NCBI GenBank assembly: GCA_007118495.1
Contig: SKRM01000003.1
Span: 12,334-76,333 of the forward strand
Direction: 5' to 3'
Origin: Bacteroidales bacterium
GTDB lineage: Bacteria; Bacteroidota; Bacteroidia; Bacteroidales; UBA7960
Length of the DNA stretch: 64,000 nt
The notes under the pieces are model-generated. The model ran no database searches. It saw only the letters and a program-made list of their open reading frames with translations, and was not told the origin of the DNA. The translations under genes were made by a program, and so were the position numbers. Below are positions 27,745 to 37,882 of this stretch, piece after piece (within the stretch, counting starts at the first letter, position 1; the number at the start of each line of letters is the position of its first letter).

Positions 27745-27913
27745 GTTATTTTTGTTATATACATGATATTGTTGTAACGTGAAAAAGAATCAATTACTGG
27801 GACTTGTTATTTTATCTTTTATGATCCCACCCCATAAATGAAGCCAGAATTAAAGCTGCAAAAGAATTTTTACCTAAAGCCATGAGTTATTATAAACCAC
27901 AATAAAATATATT

Positions 27914-28381
27914 ATGCCCTGGTTGATCATAGTTAGTCTGATTTTGGCAGGAATTGTATTTCTGCTTCTTGAAATCCTGGTGGTACCCGGTGCCACAGTG
28001 GTCGGTCTATTAGGTATCGGATTGGTGATCGCAGGCATTGTAGTCTCATTCAACAACTATGGGTTGGAGATTGGGATAATTACCATAGCTGCCACCCTCC
28101 TGGTGAGTATTGTCTCGATTGGGCTGGCCTTGCGCTCCAATACCTGGAAAAAGGCCATGCACAATTCTGTTCTTGAAGGAAGGGTTAATATTGTTGAATT
28201 AGACAAGGTTATAAAAGGTGATGAGGGAGTATCGATTACGCGCCTGAATCCGGTAGGAAAGGCCATGATCAAAGACGACTACTACGAAGTCAGGTCAAAT
28301 GATAACCTCATTGCCGAAAACACCCCCATTGAAGTTGTCAAAGTTGAAGGAAATAAAATTATTGTCAAACCTAAAGTGTAA
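27914..28381 (+). CDS. NfeD-family membrane protein
   Basis: 155 aa. Three TM helices, then a C-terminal OB-fold-like segment (GVSITRLNPVGKAMIKDDYYEVRS). Immediately precedes floA, the classical pairing. Confidence 0.8.
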   Translation: MPWLIIVSLILAGIVFLLLEILVVPGATVVGLLGIGLVIAGIVVSFNNYGLEIGIITIAATLLVSIVSIGLALRSNTWKKAMHNSVLEGRVNIVELDKVIKGDEGVSITRLNPVGKAMIKDDYYEVRSNDNLIAENTPIEVVKVEGNKIIVKPKV

Positions 28382-28387
28382 AAAAAG

Positions 28388-29398
28388 ATGGATCAAAACA
28401 TTGGAGTGATTATTGCCATAGCCCTGGTAAGCATTGTGGGTTTGTGGATTATCTTTTATTTTATTCCGGTTGGATTATGGTTCTCGGCCCTTGTTTCAGG
28501 GGTGCGGATCAGCCTGCTTCAATTGGTTCTGATGAGATGGAGGAAAATACCCCCGGCCGTTATTGTAAATAACCTGATTTCAGCCACCAAGGCAGGCCTG
28601 ATCTTAAACAGAAACGACCTTGAAGCCCACTACCTTGCAGGAGGTAGGGTAAAAGCTGTGGTCAATGCACTGATCAGTGCTGACAAGGCGAATATTCCGC
28701 TCGATTTCAAGACGGCAACAGCCATTGACCTGGCTGGCCGTGATGTGCTTGAAGCCGTTCAGATGTCGGTTAAGCCCAAAGTGATAAATACCCCGCCAGT
28801 GGCTGCTGTTGCCAAAGATGGTATCCAGCTTATTGCAAAAGCAAGGGTTACGCTAAGAGCCAACATCAAGCAATTGGTTGGTGGTGCCGGTGAAGAAACC
28901 ATTCTTGCCAGAGTCGGTGAAGGTATTGTTACTTCTATTGGTTCGGCTCAGCACCACAAGCAGGTTCTTGAAAATCCTGACAGCATCTCGAAAGTAGTAC
29001 TTTCTAAAGGACTTGACTCGGGCACAGCTTACGAAATCCTTTCAATTGATATTGCAGATATTGATGTGGGTAAGAATATCGGTGCCATGCTGCAGATAGA
29101 CCAGGCCAATGCCGATAAGAATATTGCACAGGCCAAGGCTGAAGAACGCAGAGCAATGGCGGTTGCTGCTGAACAAGAAATGAAAGCCAAGGCACAGGAA
29201 GCCAGGGCGAATGTAATTCAGGCTGAGGCAGAGATTCCCAAAGCCATTTCTGAGGCATTCAGAAGCGGAAACCTCGGCATTATGGATTATTACCGCATGG
29301 AAAACATCAAGGCTGATACCACCATGAGAGATCAGATCAGCAAACCGGGCGGCCAGTCTACCAGTAAAGGCAAATCTGGTGACAATCCATCCAAATAA
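28388..29398 (+). CDS. floA: Flotillin-like protein FloA (UPF0365/YqfA)
   Basis: 336 aa, collinear with B. subtilis YqfA as I recall it: [75 protein letters not shown]. Confidence 0.92.
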   Translation: MDQNIGVIIAIALVSIVGLWIIFYFIPVGLWFSALVSGVRISLLQLVLMRWRKIPPAVIVNNLISATKAGLILNRNDLEAHYLAGGRVKAVVNALISADKANIPLDFKTATAIDLAGRDVLEAVQMSVKPKVINTPPVAAVAKDGIQLIAKARVTLRANIKQLVGGAGEETILARVGEGIVTSIGSAQHHKQVLENPDSISKVVLSKGLDSGTAYEILSIDIADIDVGKNIGAMLQIDQANADKNIAQAKAEERRAMAVAAEQEMKAKAQEARANVIQAEAEIPKAISEAFRSGNLGIMDYYRMENIKADTTMRDQISKPGGQSTSKGKSGDNPSK

Positions 29399-29417
29399 TC
29401 CCGGATAAATTCATTTC

Positions 29418-29450
29418 AGGCCATCTGTCTACACTGACAGATGGCCTTTT
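29418..29450 (+). terminator. Rho-independent terminator after floA
   Basis: Perfect 12-bp stem AGGCCATCTGTC / GACAGATGGCCT with a 6-nt loop (TACACT), leading into a 4-T tract whose first T closes the stem. It starts 20 nt after the floA stop. Confidence 0.8.
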
Positions 29451-29483
29451 ATAAACCCAGAAATCAAAAGATGGACGTATTAC

Positions 29484-31571
29484 ATGGCCATTTCTTTTTT
29501 ATTTGATTACCCTGTCTGGCTAATCGCAGTTTGCCTGACCATTGGCCTGCTAATAAGTGGTTTGTTGTATTACAAAAACCAGCGTGATGGATTAAACAAC
29601 CATACCGCCCGGGTACTTGCCGTATTTCGCTTCATTGTTGTCAGCCTTATATGTATTTTGTTGCTGGGGCCCTTGGTTGAGCGACAAACCCAGTATGTAG
29701 AAGAACCCATCCTGGTATTTATGCAAGACAACTCATCATCATTGTTGTTGTTTGAAGATTCAGCCTGGTACAGAGAAGATTATACTGATCAAATCAGACG
29801 TTTTATTGAATCTGTTTCACCTGCATTTGAAACAAGACTATATGCATTTGGTGAGTCAGTAACAGCCGACCCTGAGCTTTCTTTTACTGATCGCGAGACC
29901 AATATGGCGGCCATTTTCACCGAGCTCGAAATAAGGTATAGTAACAGGAACCTTGCGGCCATCATTGTTGCAGGCGATGGTTTGTTTAACAGGGGGATCA
30001 ATCCCCTGTATGCCAGCGCAGCAACAAATATTCCTGTTTACACCATAGCCCTGGGAGATACTGTTCCCCGCAGAGACCTTGTGCTTACAGATGTAGGCCA
30101 TAACAGGATTTCATATCTGGGAAACCGTTTTCCTGTTGAGATTGATATTGAAGCATTTCAAAGCAGGGGTTTAAGTAGTAAACTTTTGGTTAGCAGAGAT
30201 GAAGAAGTTCTGTATGAACAAGAGGTTTTTTTTGATTCTGACCACCACACAGAAACCATAAGCCTGATTCTTGAAGCCGATAAACCCGGCATGCAAAGGT
30301 ATAAGGCTGAAATTTTGGCTGTTGAGGATGAGGTTAGTCTGAGAAATAATTACAGGGAATTTTTTGTTGACATTATTGACCGTCGCCAGCAGGTACTTAT
30401 CCTGGCCAATGCACCCCATCCGGATGTTGCGGCCATAAAGTTGTCGCTTGAGCAAGGTGGTCAATATGAAATTGACGTTAGCCTGATCAGAGATTTTCAA
30501 GGAAGTTTTGCAGCTTATGATGTTGTTGTACTGCACCAGCTTCCTTCAGCGCATGAGCGATCTGCCGACCTGATTGAAAAGATTTCTGAGGCCAACACAG
30601 GGGTTTTGTTCATTACAGGCAGGCAAACTGACCTGGATAAATTTAATCAATTGGGCCGGGGTATTGTTATTGACTTGCGGTCAGATGATTTCACAGAGAC
30701 TTATCCTTCATATAACCACAGTTTTGCATTGTTTTCACTTAGAGAAGATATTGTAAGCGCTTTGATGCAAATGCCTCCTCTGTATTCACCATTTGCCAGT
30801 TATACAATGCCTTCTTCTGCCAGTGTGTTATTGTTTCAGCGTATAGGCAATGTGGTTACCTCATATCCTCTGATCGGATTTGGCAGTGATTTACAAGGCA
30901 GAACAGGAATTATTGCAGGTGAGGGTATTTGGAGATGGCGGTTGCAAACGTATTATCGCCATGGCAGCCATGAGGCATTTGATGTGCTGATGTCAAGGAT
31001 AGTTCAATTCTTGTCAATACAAGAAGACAGAAGCCTTTTCAGGGTCAGGACAGAAAACCTGATCATGGAAAATGAACCATTTACTGTTGAGGCTGAACTA
31101 TATAACAGAAGCTATGAGTTAGTGAATGAACCCGATGTCAACTTGACTATTTATGACGGAGACGGTGCAGAATATCAGTTTTATATGGGCAAAACAACCA
31201 ATGCTTACCGCCTCGATGCAGGAAGCTTTCCAACAGGAGTTTACTCCTGGCGTGCCGAAGTATCACTCGGAAATGAAGTTTTTAGCGAAGAAGGTGTTGT
31301 AAACATATCTTCCCTTGATCTTGAAGTACTTACAACCATGGCAGATCATCAACTACTATACCAGCTGGCCCAAGCTTCAGGAGGTAAAATGTATTATCCA
31401 GGGCAGTGGGATTTATTAAGTGATGAATTGTTATCAAGAGATGATTTCAGACCAAGATTATACAACCAAAAGGAATACACAGAATTGATCAATATCCGCT
31501 GGCTGTTTTTTCTGATGCTAATGCTACTCTCAGCTGAGTGGCTGATCAGGAAGCGTTCTGGAGGGTATTAA
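29484..31571 (+). CDS. vWA-domain membrane protein (BatA/BatB-like topology) with long extracytoplasmic extension
   Basis: 695 aa. Two N-terminal TM helices. MIDAS-like DxSxS (FMQDNSSSL), IIVAGDGLFNRG, PVYTIALGD. C-terminal TM plus EWLIRKRSGGY. Function unknown. Confidence 0.5.
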   Translation: MAISFLFDYPVWLIAVCLTIGLLISGLLYYKNQRDGLNNHTARVLAVFRFIVVSLICILLLGPLVERQTQYVEEPILVFMQDNSSSLLLFEDSAWYREDYTDQIRRFIESVSPAFETRLYAFGESVTADPELSFTDRETNMAAIFTELEIRYSNRNLAAIIVAGDGLFNRGINPLYASAATNIPVYTIALGDTVPRRDLVLTDVGHNRISYLGNRFPVEIDIEAFQSRGLSSKLLVSRDEEVLYEQEVFFDSDHHTETISLILEADKPGMQRYKAEILAVEDEVSLRNNYREFFVDIIDRRQQVLILANAPHPDVAAIKLSLEQGGQYEIDVSLIRDFQGSFAAYDVVVLHQLPSAHERSADLIEKISEANTGVLFITGRQTDLDKFNQLGRGIVIDLRSDDFTETYPSYNHSFALFSLREDIVSALMQMPPLYSPFASYTMPSSASVLLFQRIGNVVTSYPLIGFGSDLQGRTGIIAGEGIWRWRLQTYYRHGSHEAFDVLMSRIVQFLSIQEDRSLFRVRTENLIMENEPFTVEAELYNRSYELVNEPDVNLTIYDGDGAEYQFYMGKTTNAYRLDAGSFPTGVYSWRAEVSLGNEVFSEEGVVNISSLDLEVLTTMADHQLLYQLAQASGGKMYYPGQWDLLSDELLSRDDFRPRLYNQKEYTELINIRWLFFLMLMLLSAEWLIRKRSGGY

Positions 31572-31590
31572 TCTGCAAACCAATGCAACA

Positions 31591-32826
31591 ATGGAAAATG
31601 TATTATTGTATGTGATTATTGCCATTTTGGTGGCAGACTTTATTTTTGACAGGGTCATGGACTATCTGAACGCCAGCAGATGGAGCAATGATTTACCCCC
31701 TGAGCTTATTGGAATCTACGACCAGGAGAAGTACCGGAAGTCACAAGATTACACAAAAGCCAACACCAGGTTTGGAACACTGTCATCATCTGTCTCCTTT
31801 GTCTTTATCCTCCTGATGCTGGTGTTTGGCGGATTTGGCTATTTAGACATCCTGATTAGGTCATATACCAACCATCCAGTATTGGTAACACTCTTGTTTT
31901 TTGGCCTACTTGGTTTGTTATCTGATCTGCTGTCTACCCCTTTTGATATCTATAAAATATTTGTGATAGAAGAAAAATTTGGATTCAATAAAACCAGCCC
32001 ATTAACATATTTTACTGACAAGCTAAAGGGATGGATGCTCGCCCTGATTATAGGTGGCGGCTTGCTGGGTCTGTTTGTGTGGTTTTATGTGTCAGCAGGA
32101 AGTTATTTTTGGTTGTATGCATGGATTGTTTTTTCAGGCTTCAGCATTTTTATGACCATGTTTTACAGTACATTGATTGTTCCACTATTCAACAAGCAAA
32201 CTCCCCTTGGTGATGGAGAGCTTCGCACAGCCATCGAAGATTTTGCCCGCAAGGCAGGATTCAGGCTCGACAATATTTTTGTTATTGACGGTTCAAAACG
32301 CAGTGCCAAAGCCAATGCCTATTTCAGTGGAATCGGACCTAAAAAACGCATTGTATTGTACGACACCCTGATTGAAAACCACACAACAGATGAACTTGTG
32401 GCAGTGCTGGCCCATGAAATCGGACACTACAAAAAGAAACACACACTTAAAGGAAGTATTATATCTATCCTCCATACGGGGTTGATGTTGTTTCTTTTGG
32501 GTTTATTCATTAATGAAGCTGCCCTTTCATTGGCTCTTGGAGCTGAGCAGCCCGGATTTCACATGGGATTGCTTGCTTTTGGCCTGTTGTACGCACCTGT
32601 TTCATTAATTCTTGGTATACTTGGAAACAGCATGAGCCGTAAGCATGAATACGAGGCCGACACCTATGCTGCAGAAGAATTTGAAGCTGCGCCTTTGCAA
32701 GATGCACTAAAGAAGCTTTCTGTCAGCCACCTCAGCAACCTGAGGCCCCATCCTGCTTACGTATATGTGCATTATTCGCATCCGCCATTGCTGCAGCGGC
32801 TTGCTCACCTAGATAAATTGAAATAA
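31591..32826 (+). CDS. M48 family (Ste24/HtpX-like) membrane zinc metallopeptidase
   Basis: 411 aa polytopic protein. HEXXH in LAHEIGHYKKKH, downstream EYEAD. Confidence 0.85.
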   Translation: MENVLLYVIIAILVADFIFDRVMDYLNASRWSNDLPPELIGIYDQEKYRKSQDYTKANTRFGTLSSSVSFVFILLMLVFGGFGYLDILIRSYTNHPVLVTLLFFGLLGLLSDLLSTPFDIYKIFVIEEKFGFNKTSPLTYFTDKLKGWMLALIIGGGLLGLFVWFYVSAGSYFWLYAWIVFSGFSIFMTMFYSTLIVPLFNKQTPLGDGELRTAIEDFARKAGFRLDNIFVIDGSKRSAKANAYFSGIGPKKRIVLYDTLIENHTTDELVAVLAHEIGHYKKKHTLKGSIISILHTGLMLFLLGLFINEAALSLALGAEQPGFHMGLLAFGLLYAPVSLILGILGNSMSRKHEYEADTYAAEEFEAAPLQDALKKLSVSHLSNLRPHPAYVYVHYSHPPLLQRLAHLDKLK

Positions 32827-32837
32827 ACCGATGTGTC

Positions 32838-34115
32838 ATGAAATCAAAACAATCACATGTTCCCCTGGCAGAAAAATTGCGTCCCATCGTGCTGGACGAT
32901 TACCTGGGGCAGGTGCATCTGGTAGGAGAGGGGGCCATTCTCAGAAAATCAATTGAGAGCGGCAACATTCCCTCTATGATTCTTTGGGGCCCTCCCGGAG
33001 TTGGGAAAACCACACTCGCAATATTGATTTCGCATAAGCTTTTCAGACCTTTCTATACCCTGAGTGCCATAAGTTCTGGTGTTAAGGATGTTCGTGAGGT
33101 AATCGCAAAGGCCAATGAAGCCGGCGGGGGAGCCATATTATTTATCGATGAAATTCACCGGTTCAGCAAATCACAACAGGACAGCTTGCTGGGTGCAGTC
33201 GAAAAAGGCATTGTCACGCTCATTGGAGCAACCACAGAAAATCCGTCATTTGAAGTAATCTCTCCCTTGTTGTCAAGGTGTCAGGTCTATATCTTACAAG
33301 ACCTTGACGAGAAAGAGCTTTTATTGCTGCTTGCCAAGGGGGTAGAAAGCCTGCAGGCAGATACGGGCAAAACAATTTATTTGAAAGAAACTGAAGCCCT
33401 CATGCGGGTTTCGGGCGGAGATGCAAGAAAGTTATTGAATGCCCTGGAGCTTACTGTTCATTCCAGTAGTGAGCCAACTGTAAATATTGATAATGAAATG
33501 GTCTTGTCTGTCATACAGCAAAACATGGCATTGTATGACAAGGGGGGTGAGATGCATTATGATGTTATTTCAGCATTCATTAAATCAGTCAGGGGGAGCG
33601 ACCCCAATGCTGCATTGTATTACCTGGCCAGAATGATAGAGGGCGGTGAAGACCCCAAGTTTATAGCCAGACGTTTGCTGATTCTGGCTTCAGAAGATAT
33701 TGGAAATGCAAATCCGAATGCTTTGCTGCTGGCCACCAGTTGCTTTCAGGCTGTTACCATGATCGGTATGCCCGAAAGCCGTATTATTCTTTCGCAAACT
33801 ACCATATACCTGGCTGTGTCACCAAAGAGCAATGCATCTTATCTGGCCATCGATAAAGCGCGCGAACTGGTGAGAAAAACCGGTGATTTGGCTGTCCCTT
33901 TGCACATAAGGAATGCACCGACCAAACTGATGAAGAAGGTGGGCTATGGCAAAGATTATCAATACGCCCATAACCATCCCGATCACTTTGTTTTTCAAGA
34001 GTTTATGCCAGATGAATTATCTGGCACCCAAATTTTTGAACCAGCCGGGAATGCCCGTGAAAATGAAATGAGAACGCGACTTAAGACATTGTGGAAAGAT
34101 AAATATAAATACTAA
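32838..34115 (+). CDS. rarA: Replication-associated recombination protein A (AAA+ MgsA/RarA)
   Basis: 425 aa. Walker A GPPGVGKTT, Walker B FIDEIHRF, GATTENPSFE, and the MgsA C-terminal domain (DPNAALYYLARM). Confidence 0.92.
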   Translation: MKSKQSHVPLAEKLRPIVLDDYLGQVHLVGEGAILRKSIESGNIPSMILWGPPGVGKTTLAILISHKLFRPFYTLSAISSGVKDVREVIAKANEAGGGAILFIDEIHRFSKSQQDSLLGAVEKGIVTLIGATTENPSFEVISPLLSRCQVYILQDLDEKELLLLLAKGVESLQADTGKTIYLKETEALMRVSGGDARKLLNALELTVHSSSEPTVNIDNEMVLSVIQQNMALYDKGGEMHYDVISAFIKSVRGSDPNAALYYLARMIEGGEDPKFIARRLLILASEDIGNANPNALLLATSCFQAVTMIGMPESRIILSQTTIYLAVSPKSNASYLAIDKARELVRKTGDLAVPLHIRNAPTKLMKKVGYGKDYQYAHNHPDHFVFQEFMPDELSGTQIFEPAGNARENEMRTRLKTLWKDKYKY

Positions 34116-34125
34116 GCAATTTTTC

Positions 34126-35307
34126 ATGAATACACGCAACCTGTTTTTCAGGCATATGGCACAAACCTCTTCATTTCCGGTAGCCCTTGAAATTGAAAGG
34201 GCCAGTGGTGTGTATATGTTCGGGTATGATGGAAAAAAATATCTTGATCTGATCAGTGGTATTTCAGTGAGTGCCCTGGGACACCTGCATCCCGCAGTTA
34301 CTGAGGCTGTGCGCAATCAGCTTGAAAAATATATGCACCTGATGGTTTATGGTGAATTTATTCAGGAAGAACAGGTTGCATTGGCTGCGATGCTGACGGG
34401 TTGTTTGCCTGAGAGTCTTGATAATGTATACCTTGTAAATTCAGGGAGTGAAGCCATTGAGGGCGCCCTTAAGCTTGCCAAAAGATATACAGGCCGCAGC
34501 GAACTTGTTGCATTTCGAAATGCCTACCACGGAAGCAGTCACGGAGCTTTGAGCATAACCGGTAATGAAAAATTGAAGCAAGCATTCCGTCCACTTCTGC
34601 CTGATGTGACCCATATCAGGTATAATGAACCGGCTGATCTTACTGTGATTTCTAAAAAAACGGCCTGTGTCGTTGCAGAGACCATACAGGGTGAGGCTGG
34701 TGCTATTGTTCCGGATAACGACTGGCTGATTGCCCTCCGGAAACGTTGTGATGACACCGGCTCTTTGCTTATCCTTGATGAAATTCAGGTAGGAATGGGA
34801 AGAACCGGAACGCTTTGGGCGTTTGAATCATCAGGAATTGTTCCCGACATACTGGTTCTGGCCAAGGGTTTTGGCGGTGGTTTGCCGCTGGGTGCATTCA
34901 TTGCAAACAGACAGATTATGGCATGCCTCACAGATAATCCTGTACTGGGTCATATAACTACATTTGGTGGTAATGCCCTGTGTGCTGCTGCTGCAAGGGC
35001 AAGTCTTGGAGTGGTGCTTGATGAAGAATTATGGAAAAATGCGGCCAGGATGGAGCAATTGCTCAGAGCTGAACTCCATCATCCAGCCATCAAAAACGTC
35101 AGGGGCAGAGGCCTGCTTTTGGCACTTGAGCTTGAAAGTTTTGAAAAGACACAAAAAATGATGCAGTTGTGTATTGCCAGAGGCCTTGTTACCGATTGGT
35201 TTTTGTTTGCGGATAATTGCATTCGAATTGCTCCTCCGTTGATTATAACCGATACACAAATCCGTGAAGCCACGGGGATTCTTTTGGAATGTCTGGATCA
35301 AATTTAG
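34126..35307 (+). CDS. Class-III PLP aminotransferase (acetylornithine/ornithine aminotransferase-like)
   Basis: 393 aa. NSGSEAIEGALKLA, LILDEIQVGMGRTG, VLAKGFGGGLPLGAF (PLP lysine context). Confidence 0.85.
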   Translation: MNTRNLFFRHMAQTSSFPVALEIERASGVYMFGYDGKKYLDLISGISVSALGHLHPAVTEAVRNQLEKYMHLMVYGEFIQEEQVALAAMLTGCLPESLDNVYLVNSGSEAIEGALKLAKRYTGRSELVAFRNAYHGSSHGALSITGNEKLKQAFRPLLPDVTHIRYNEPADLTVISKKTACVVAETIQGEAGAIVPDNDWLIALRKRCDDTGSLLILDEIQVGMGRTGTLWAFESSGIVPDILVLAKGFGGGLPLGAFIANRQIMACLTDNPVLGHITTFGGNALCAAAARASLGVVLDEELWKNAARMEQLLRAELHHPAIKNVRGRGLLLALELESFEKTQKMMQLCIARGLVTDWFLFADNCIRIAPPLIITDTQIREATGILLECLDQI

Positions 35308-35387
35308 TATTGATTTGTCGAAATAATGTGATTATCTTTAGCTTGTTCTTGTCTGGATAAAGTTTGTACACATTGAATTTGACATAC

Positions 35388-36095
35388 ATGGATGCAGAAC
35401 TTAAAAAGCTGCTTGAGAGCAAACCTCTGCAAAGCCTGCCAGTCATAGGTTTTTTTGAAAACTATCCACTGGAAACCTGGCTTCGCCAGGATGACTTTAT
35501 TCTTTTATGCGGAATCAGCGATTACCCATGGGCTTATCTGTGTGGTGACAATCCCGAAAGCCTTTTTACCCTTTTGGAGACCTTTAACTACCAGAGTCTT
35601 TATTTTGCCAATGTTGAAGAATGGATGCTGCCGGTGCTGACCCATCAGCGGAAAATTGAGTGGAAGCTTACCACCCACAGGTATTATTTGCCCGAAAACC
35701 GTACAGTTGAGCAGCCTGAGTATATTTTGAGGATACTTGAACCCTCCATGGCATCATACATATATGAGCACTCTGCCTACAGAGATTTTACATCGGTTGA
35801 TTATATCCGGGAGCGACTTGATAAGGATGTATCGGCAGGAATATGGATTGATGGTGAATTGGTGGGATGGGGGTTAACCCATGATGATGCATCACTGGGT
35901 TTTTTAAATGTCATACCTCGTTACAGGGGGCAAGGACTCGGAGAGAGCATTCTTCGGTTTATGGTCAATGAGAAACAAAACAAGAATAAAGCCATATTTG
36001 TGAATATTGAGCCACATAACCACCAGTCAATCAATCTGGTTAAAAAACTTGGCTTTACATTTGACCGCGAGGTCAGTTGGGTAAAACTGGTCTGA
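35388..36095 (+). CDS. GNAT family N-acetyltransferase
   Basis: The C-terminal half carries the acetyl-CoA motif RYRGQGLGESIL. Start set at ATG 35388; the ORF track uses TTG 35364. Confidence 0.7.
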   Translation: MDAELKKLLESKPLQSLPVIGFFENYPLETWLRQDDFILLCGISDYPWAYLCGDNPESLFTLLETFNYQSLYFANVEEWMLPVLTHQRKIEWKLTTHRYYLPENRTVEQPEYILRILEPSMASYIYEHSAYRDFTSVDYIRERLDKDVSAGIWIDGELVGWGLTHDDASLGFLNVIPRYRGQGLGESILRFMVNEKQNKNKAIFVNIEPHNHQSINLVKKLGFTFDREVSWVKLV

Positions 36096-36122
36096 ACCCG
36101 ATTAGCGAAACCCAGGTCATTT

Positions 36123-37214
36123 TTATTTCTTGCGGAGTACGAACAATTCAATGTGCTCTCTGCTTCTTATATCATCAAGCCACGATTTTTTCTTAGCTGG
36201 CTTTTGTTTTACAGGTTCACTGATATGGTCAATAAGGTCAATGATGTGACTATGGCTTGAAATAGCAGTAGTCAATGGATGGGTGTCGGTTTGTCTGCTG
36301 ACCACTGCATAATCAGAAAACAGCAATACAATCTGTGCCCCTGTTTCACATTGGGTGTCTGCCTGGCGAAAAAATGCATCAAAAAAACCCCCATCAAAAT
36401 AACATGCCTGATCCATTGATTTCTCTGCTTTACCCGGTATCCAGGGAGGGTTAAACACAACCAGATCATTTACTGAGGCCTTGAAACCGCCAAAAAAGCT
36501 TTTTTGTATTGGATAGATTGACTGCTTGTATGGTTCGCCCAATTTTTCAAGCTCTTGATTCAGGCTGAAAATGGCATTGGGATTGATGTCGGTGGCATGA
36601 ATGTTTCTGACTCCATGGGCGTGCAAAATAAAAGATATGACACCACATCCTGTTCCTATGTCAAGTGCCTTTTCAGGTTTTGTGGTGGTCTTAAGCCATT
36701 TGTCAAACAAGAGGAGATGTTCGTTGCGTGTTGGGAAATAAGTGCCGTAAAAAGGATGGATACGGTGTGCAAGCATGGGATATTGTATGCCTTTTTCATA
36801 CCACTGTCTGGCACCGTTCAGTCCCAGATAATCTGGCCATGTGATCAGAAAATTTGCATTGTCCGGATAGAATAATTTTAACCAGGGGTTTTCAACTGAC
36901 TTACTGAGTTCGACCTTGTGATCTTTTACACCAACAAGTACCCGCTGACTGTACGTATGCCATATCTCTCTGTATATCCGGGCCTGCTCATAATTATGCA
37001 CGGGGTAATCGGTCAGGATGCGCTTCTTTAGCCAGGAATAAAAAGACATGGCAAATCCGTAAGTTCCGGTAAGCAAAACACTTTCGCCACGTGTGATCAA
37101 TGCCCAAAGGTCAGCGAATTTATCGCCCGGGCTTGCTTTTTGCAATTTGTCTGGTGTTGCAATAATCGCCGGCCTTAACAGAAGGTCTGGTATGGTTTCA
37201 GAGTTTGTCTGCAT
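36123..37214 (-). CDS. Class I SAM-dependent methyltransferase with NPPW motif (HemK/RsmC-like) and N-terminal extension
   Basis: Motif I LDIGTGCGVISF, motif IV VVFNPPWIP. Start uncertain: Met codons at 37214, 37232 and 37304. Every option overlaps the 3' end of mrpG. Confidence 0.7.
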   Translation of the reverse strand: MQTNSETIPDLLLRPAIIATPDKLQKASPGDKFADLWALITRGESVLLTGTYGFAMSFYSWLKKRILTDYPVHNYEQARIYREIWHTYSQRVLVGVKDHKVELSKSVENPWLKLFYPDNANFLITWPDYLGLNGARQWYEKGIQYPMLAHRIHPFYGTYFPTRNEHLLLFDKWLKTTTKPEKALDIGTGCGVISFILHAHGVRNIHATDINPNAIFSLNQELEKLGEPYKQSIYPIQKSFFGGFKASVNDLVVFNPPWIPGKAEKSMDQACYFDGGFFDAFFRQADTQCETGAQIVLLFSDYAVVSRQTDTHPLTTAISSHSHIIDLIDHISEPVKQKPAKKKSWLDDIRSREHIELFVLRKK

Positions 37215-37584
37215 CAATGGCTTTGTCTTCATCAGATACAGTTCCATCCATTTCATTGCGGTCAATGGCATCCTGAAGTTCATCCATAATATATCCCTGG
37301 CCAATGGGTACCTTCATATGGTGTGATACCCTTGCAAGCATGTGGGCACCTATGGGTGCAGTCAAAATAACAAATAAAACCACCATTAGGGCTTCGATGG
37401 CAACAATCCACTGGGGGTGCCAGAGGACAACAGCGGCCAGCATCAAAATGGCTCCAAGTGATGCAGCTTTTGTGATAGCATGCATACGCATGTATACATC
37501 CTGAAGCTTAACAACTCCAATGGCTGCCACAAGCATGAAAAGAGCTCCTGAAATCAGCAATATGGAAACAATCCACTCCATCAT
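37198..37584 (-). CDS. mrpG: Mrp-type Na+/H+ antiporter subunit G
   Basis: 128 aa. VKLQDVYMRMHAITKAASLG matches the MnhG/PhaG signature. Overlaps mrpF by 4 nt. Confidence 0.88.
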   Translation of the reverse strand: MMEWIVSILLISGALFMLVAAIGVVKLQDVYMRMHAITKAASLGAILMLAAVVLWHPQWIVAIEALMVVLFVILTAPIGAHMLARVSHHMKVPIGQGYIMDELQDAIDRNEMDGTVSDEDKAIDADKL

Positions 37585-37871
37585 TGTTGTACCCTCCTTT
37601 TTAGGTATTTGGCAAAAGCAATATTGCCCATAAAAACCAACAGGGCAATGGCTACGGCCACATTCAGAAATACGGGTTGCCCTGTAAGCATTACATAGTT
37701 AATGATAAGGCCAATTACAAGTGAAGCAATCAGATCCATAACCACAATGCGGTCAGGTAGCGATGGCCCCGTGAGCAGCCGGTATAAACCTGCAAACAGT
37801 GAAATAGTCAGACAGGCAAAGCTGAAATAGACAGCAAAGCTTAGTACAGGATATGTGTCTGGTTGTATCAT
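37581..37871 (-). CDS. mrpF: Mrp-type antiporter subunit F
   Basis: 96 aa, three TM helices. LTGPSLPDRIVVMDLI is the MrpF/PhaF signature. Confidence 0.85.
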   Translation of the reverse strand: MIQPDTYPVLSFAVYFSFACLTISLFAGLYRLLTGPSLPDRIVVMDLIASLVIGLIINYVMLTGQPVFLNVAVAIALLVFMGNIAFAKYLKRRVQQ

Positions 37872-37882
37872 GACAATTTGTA

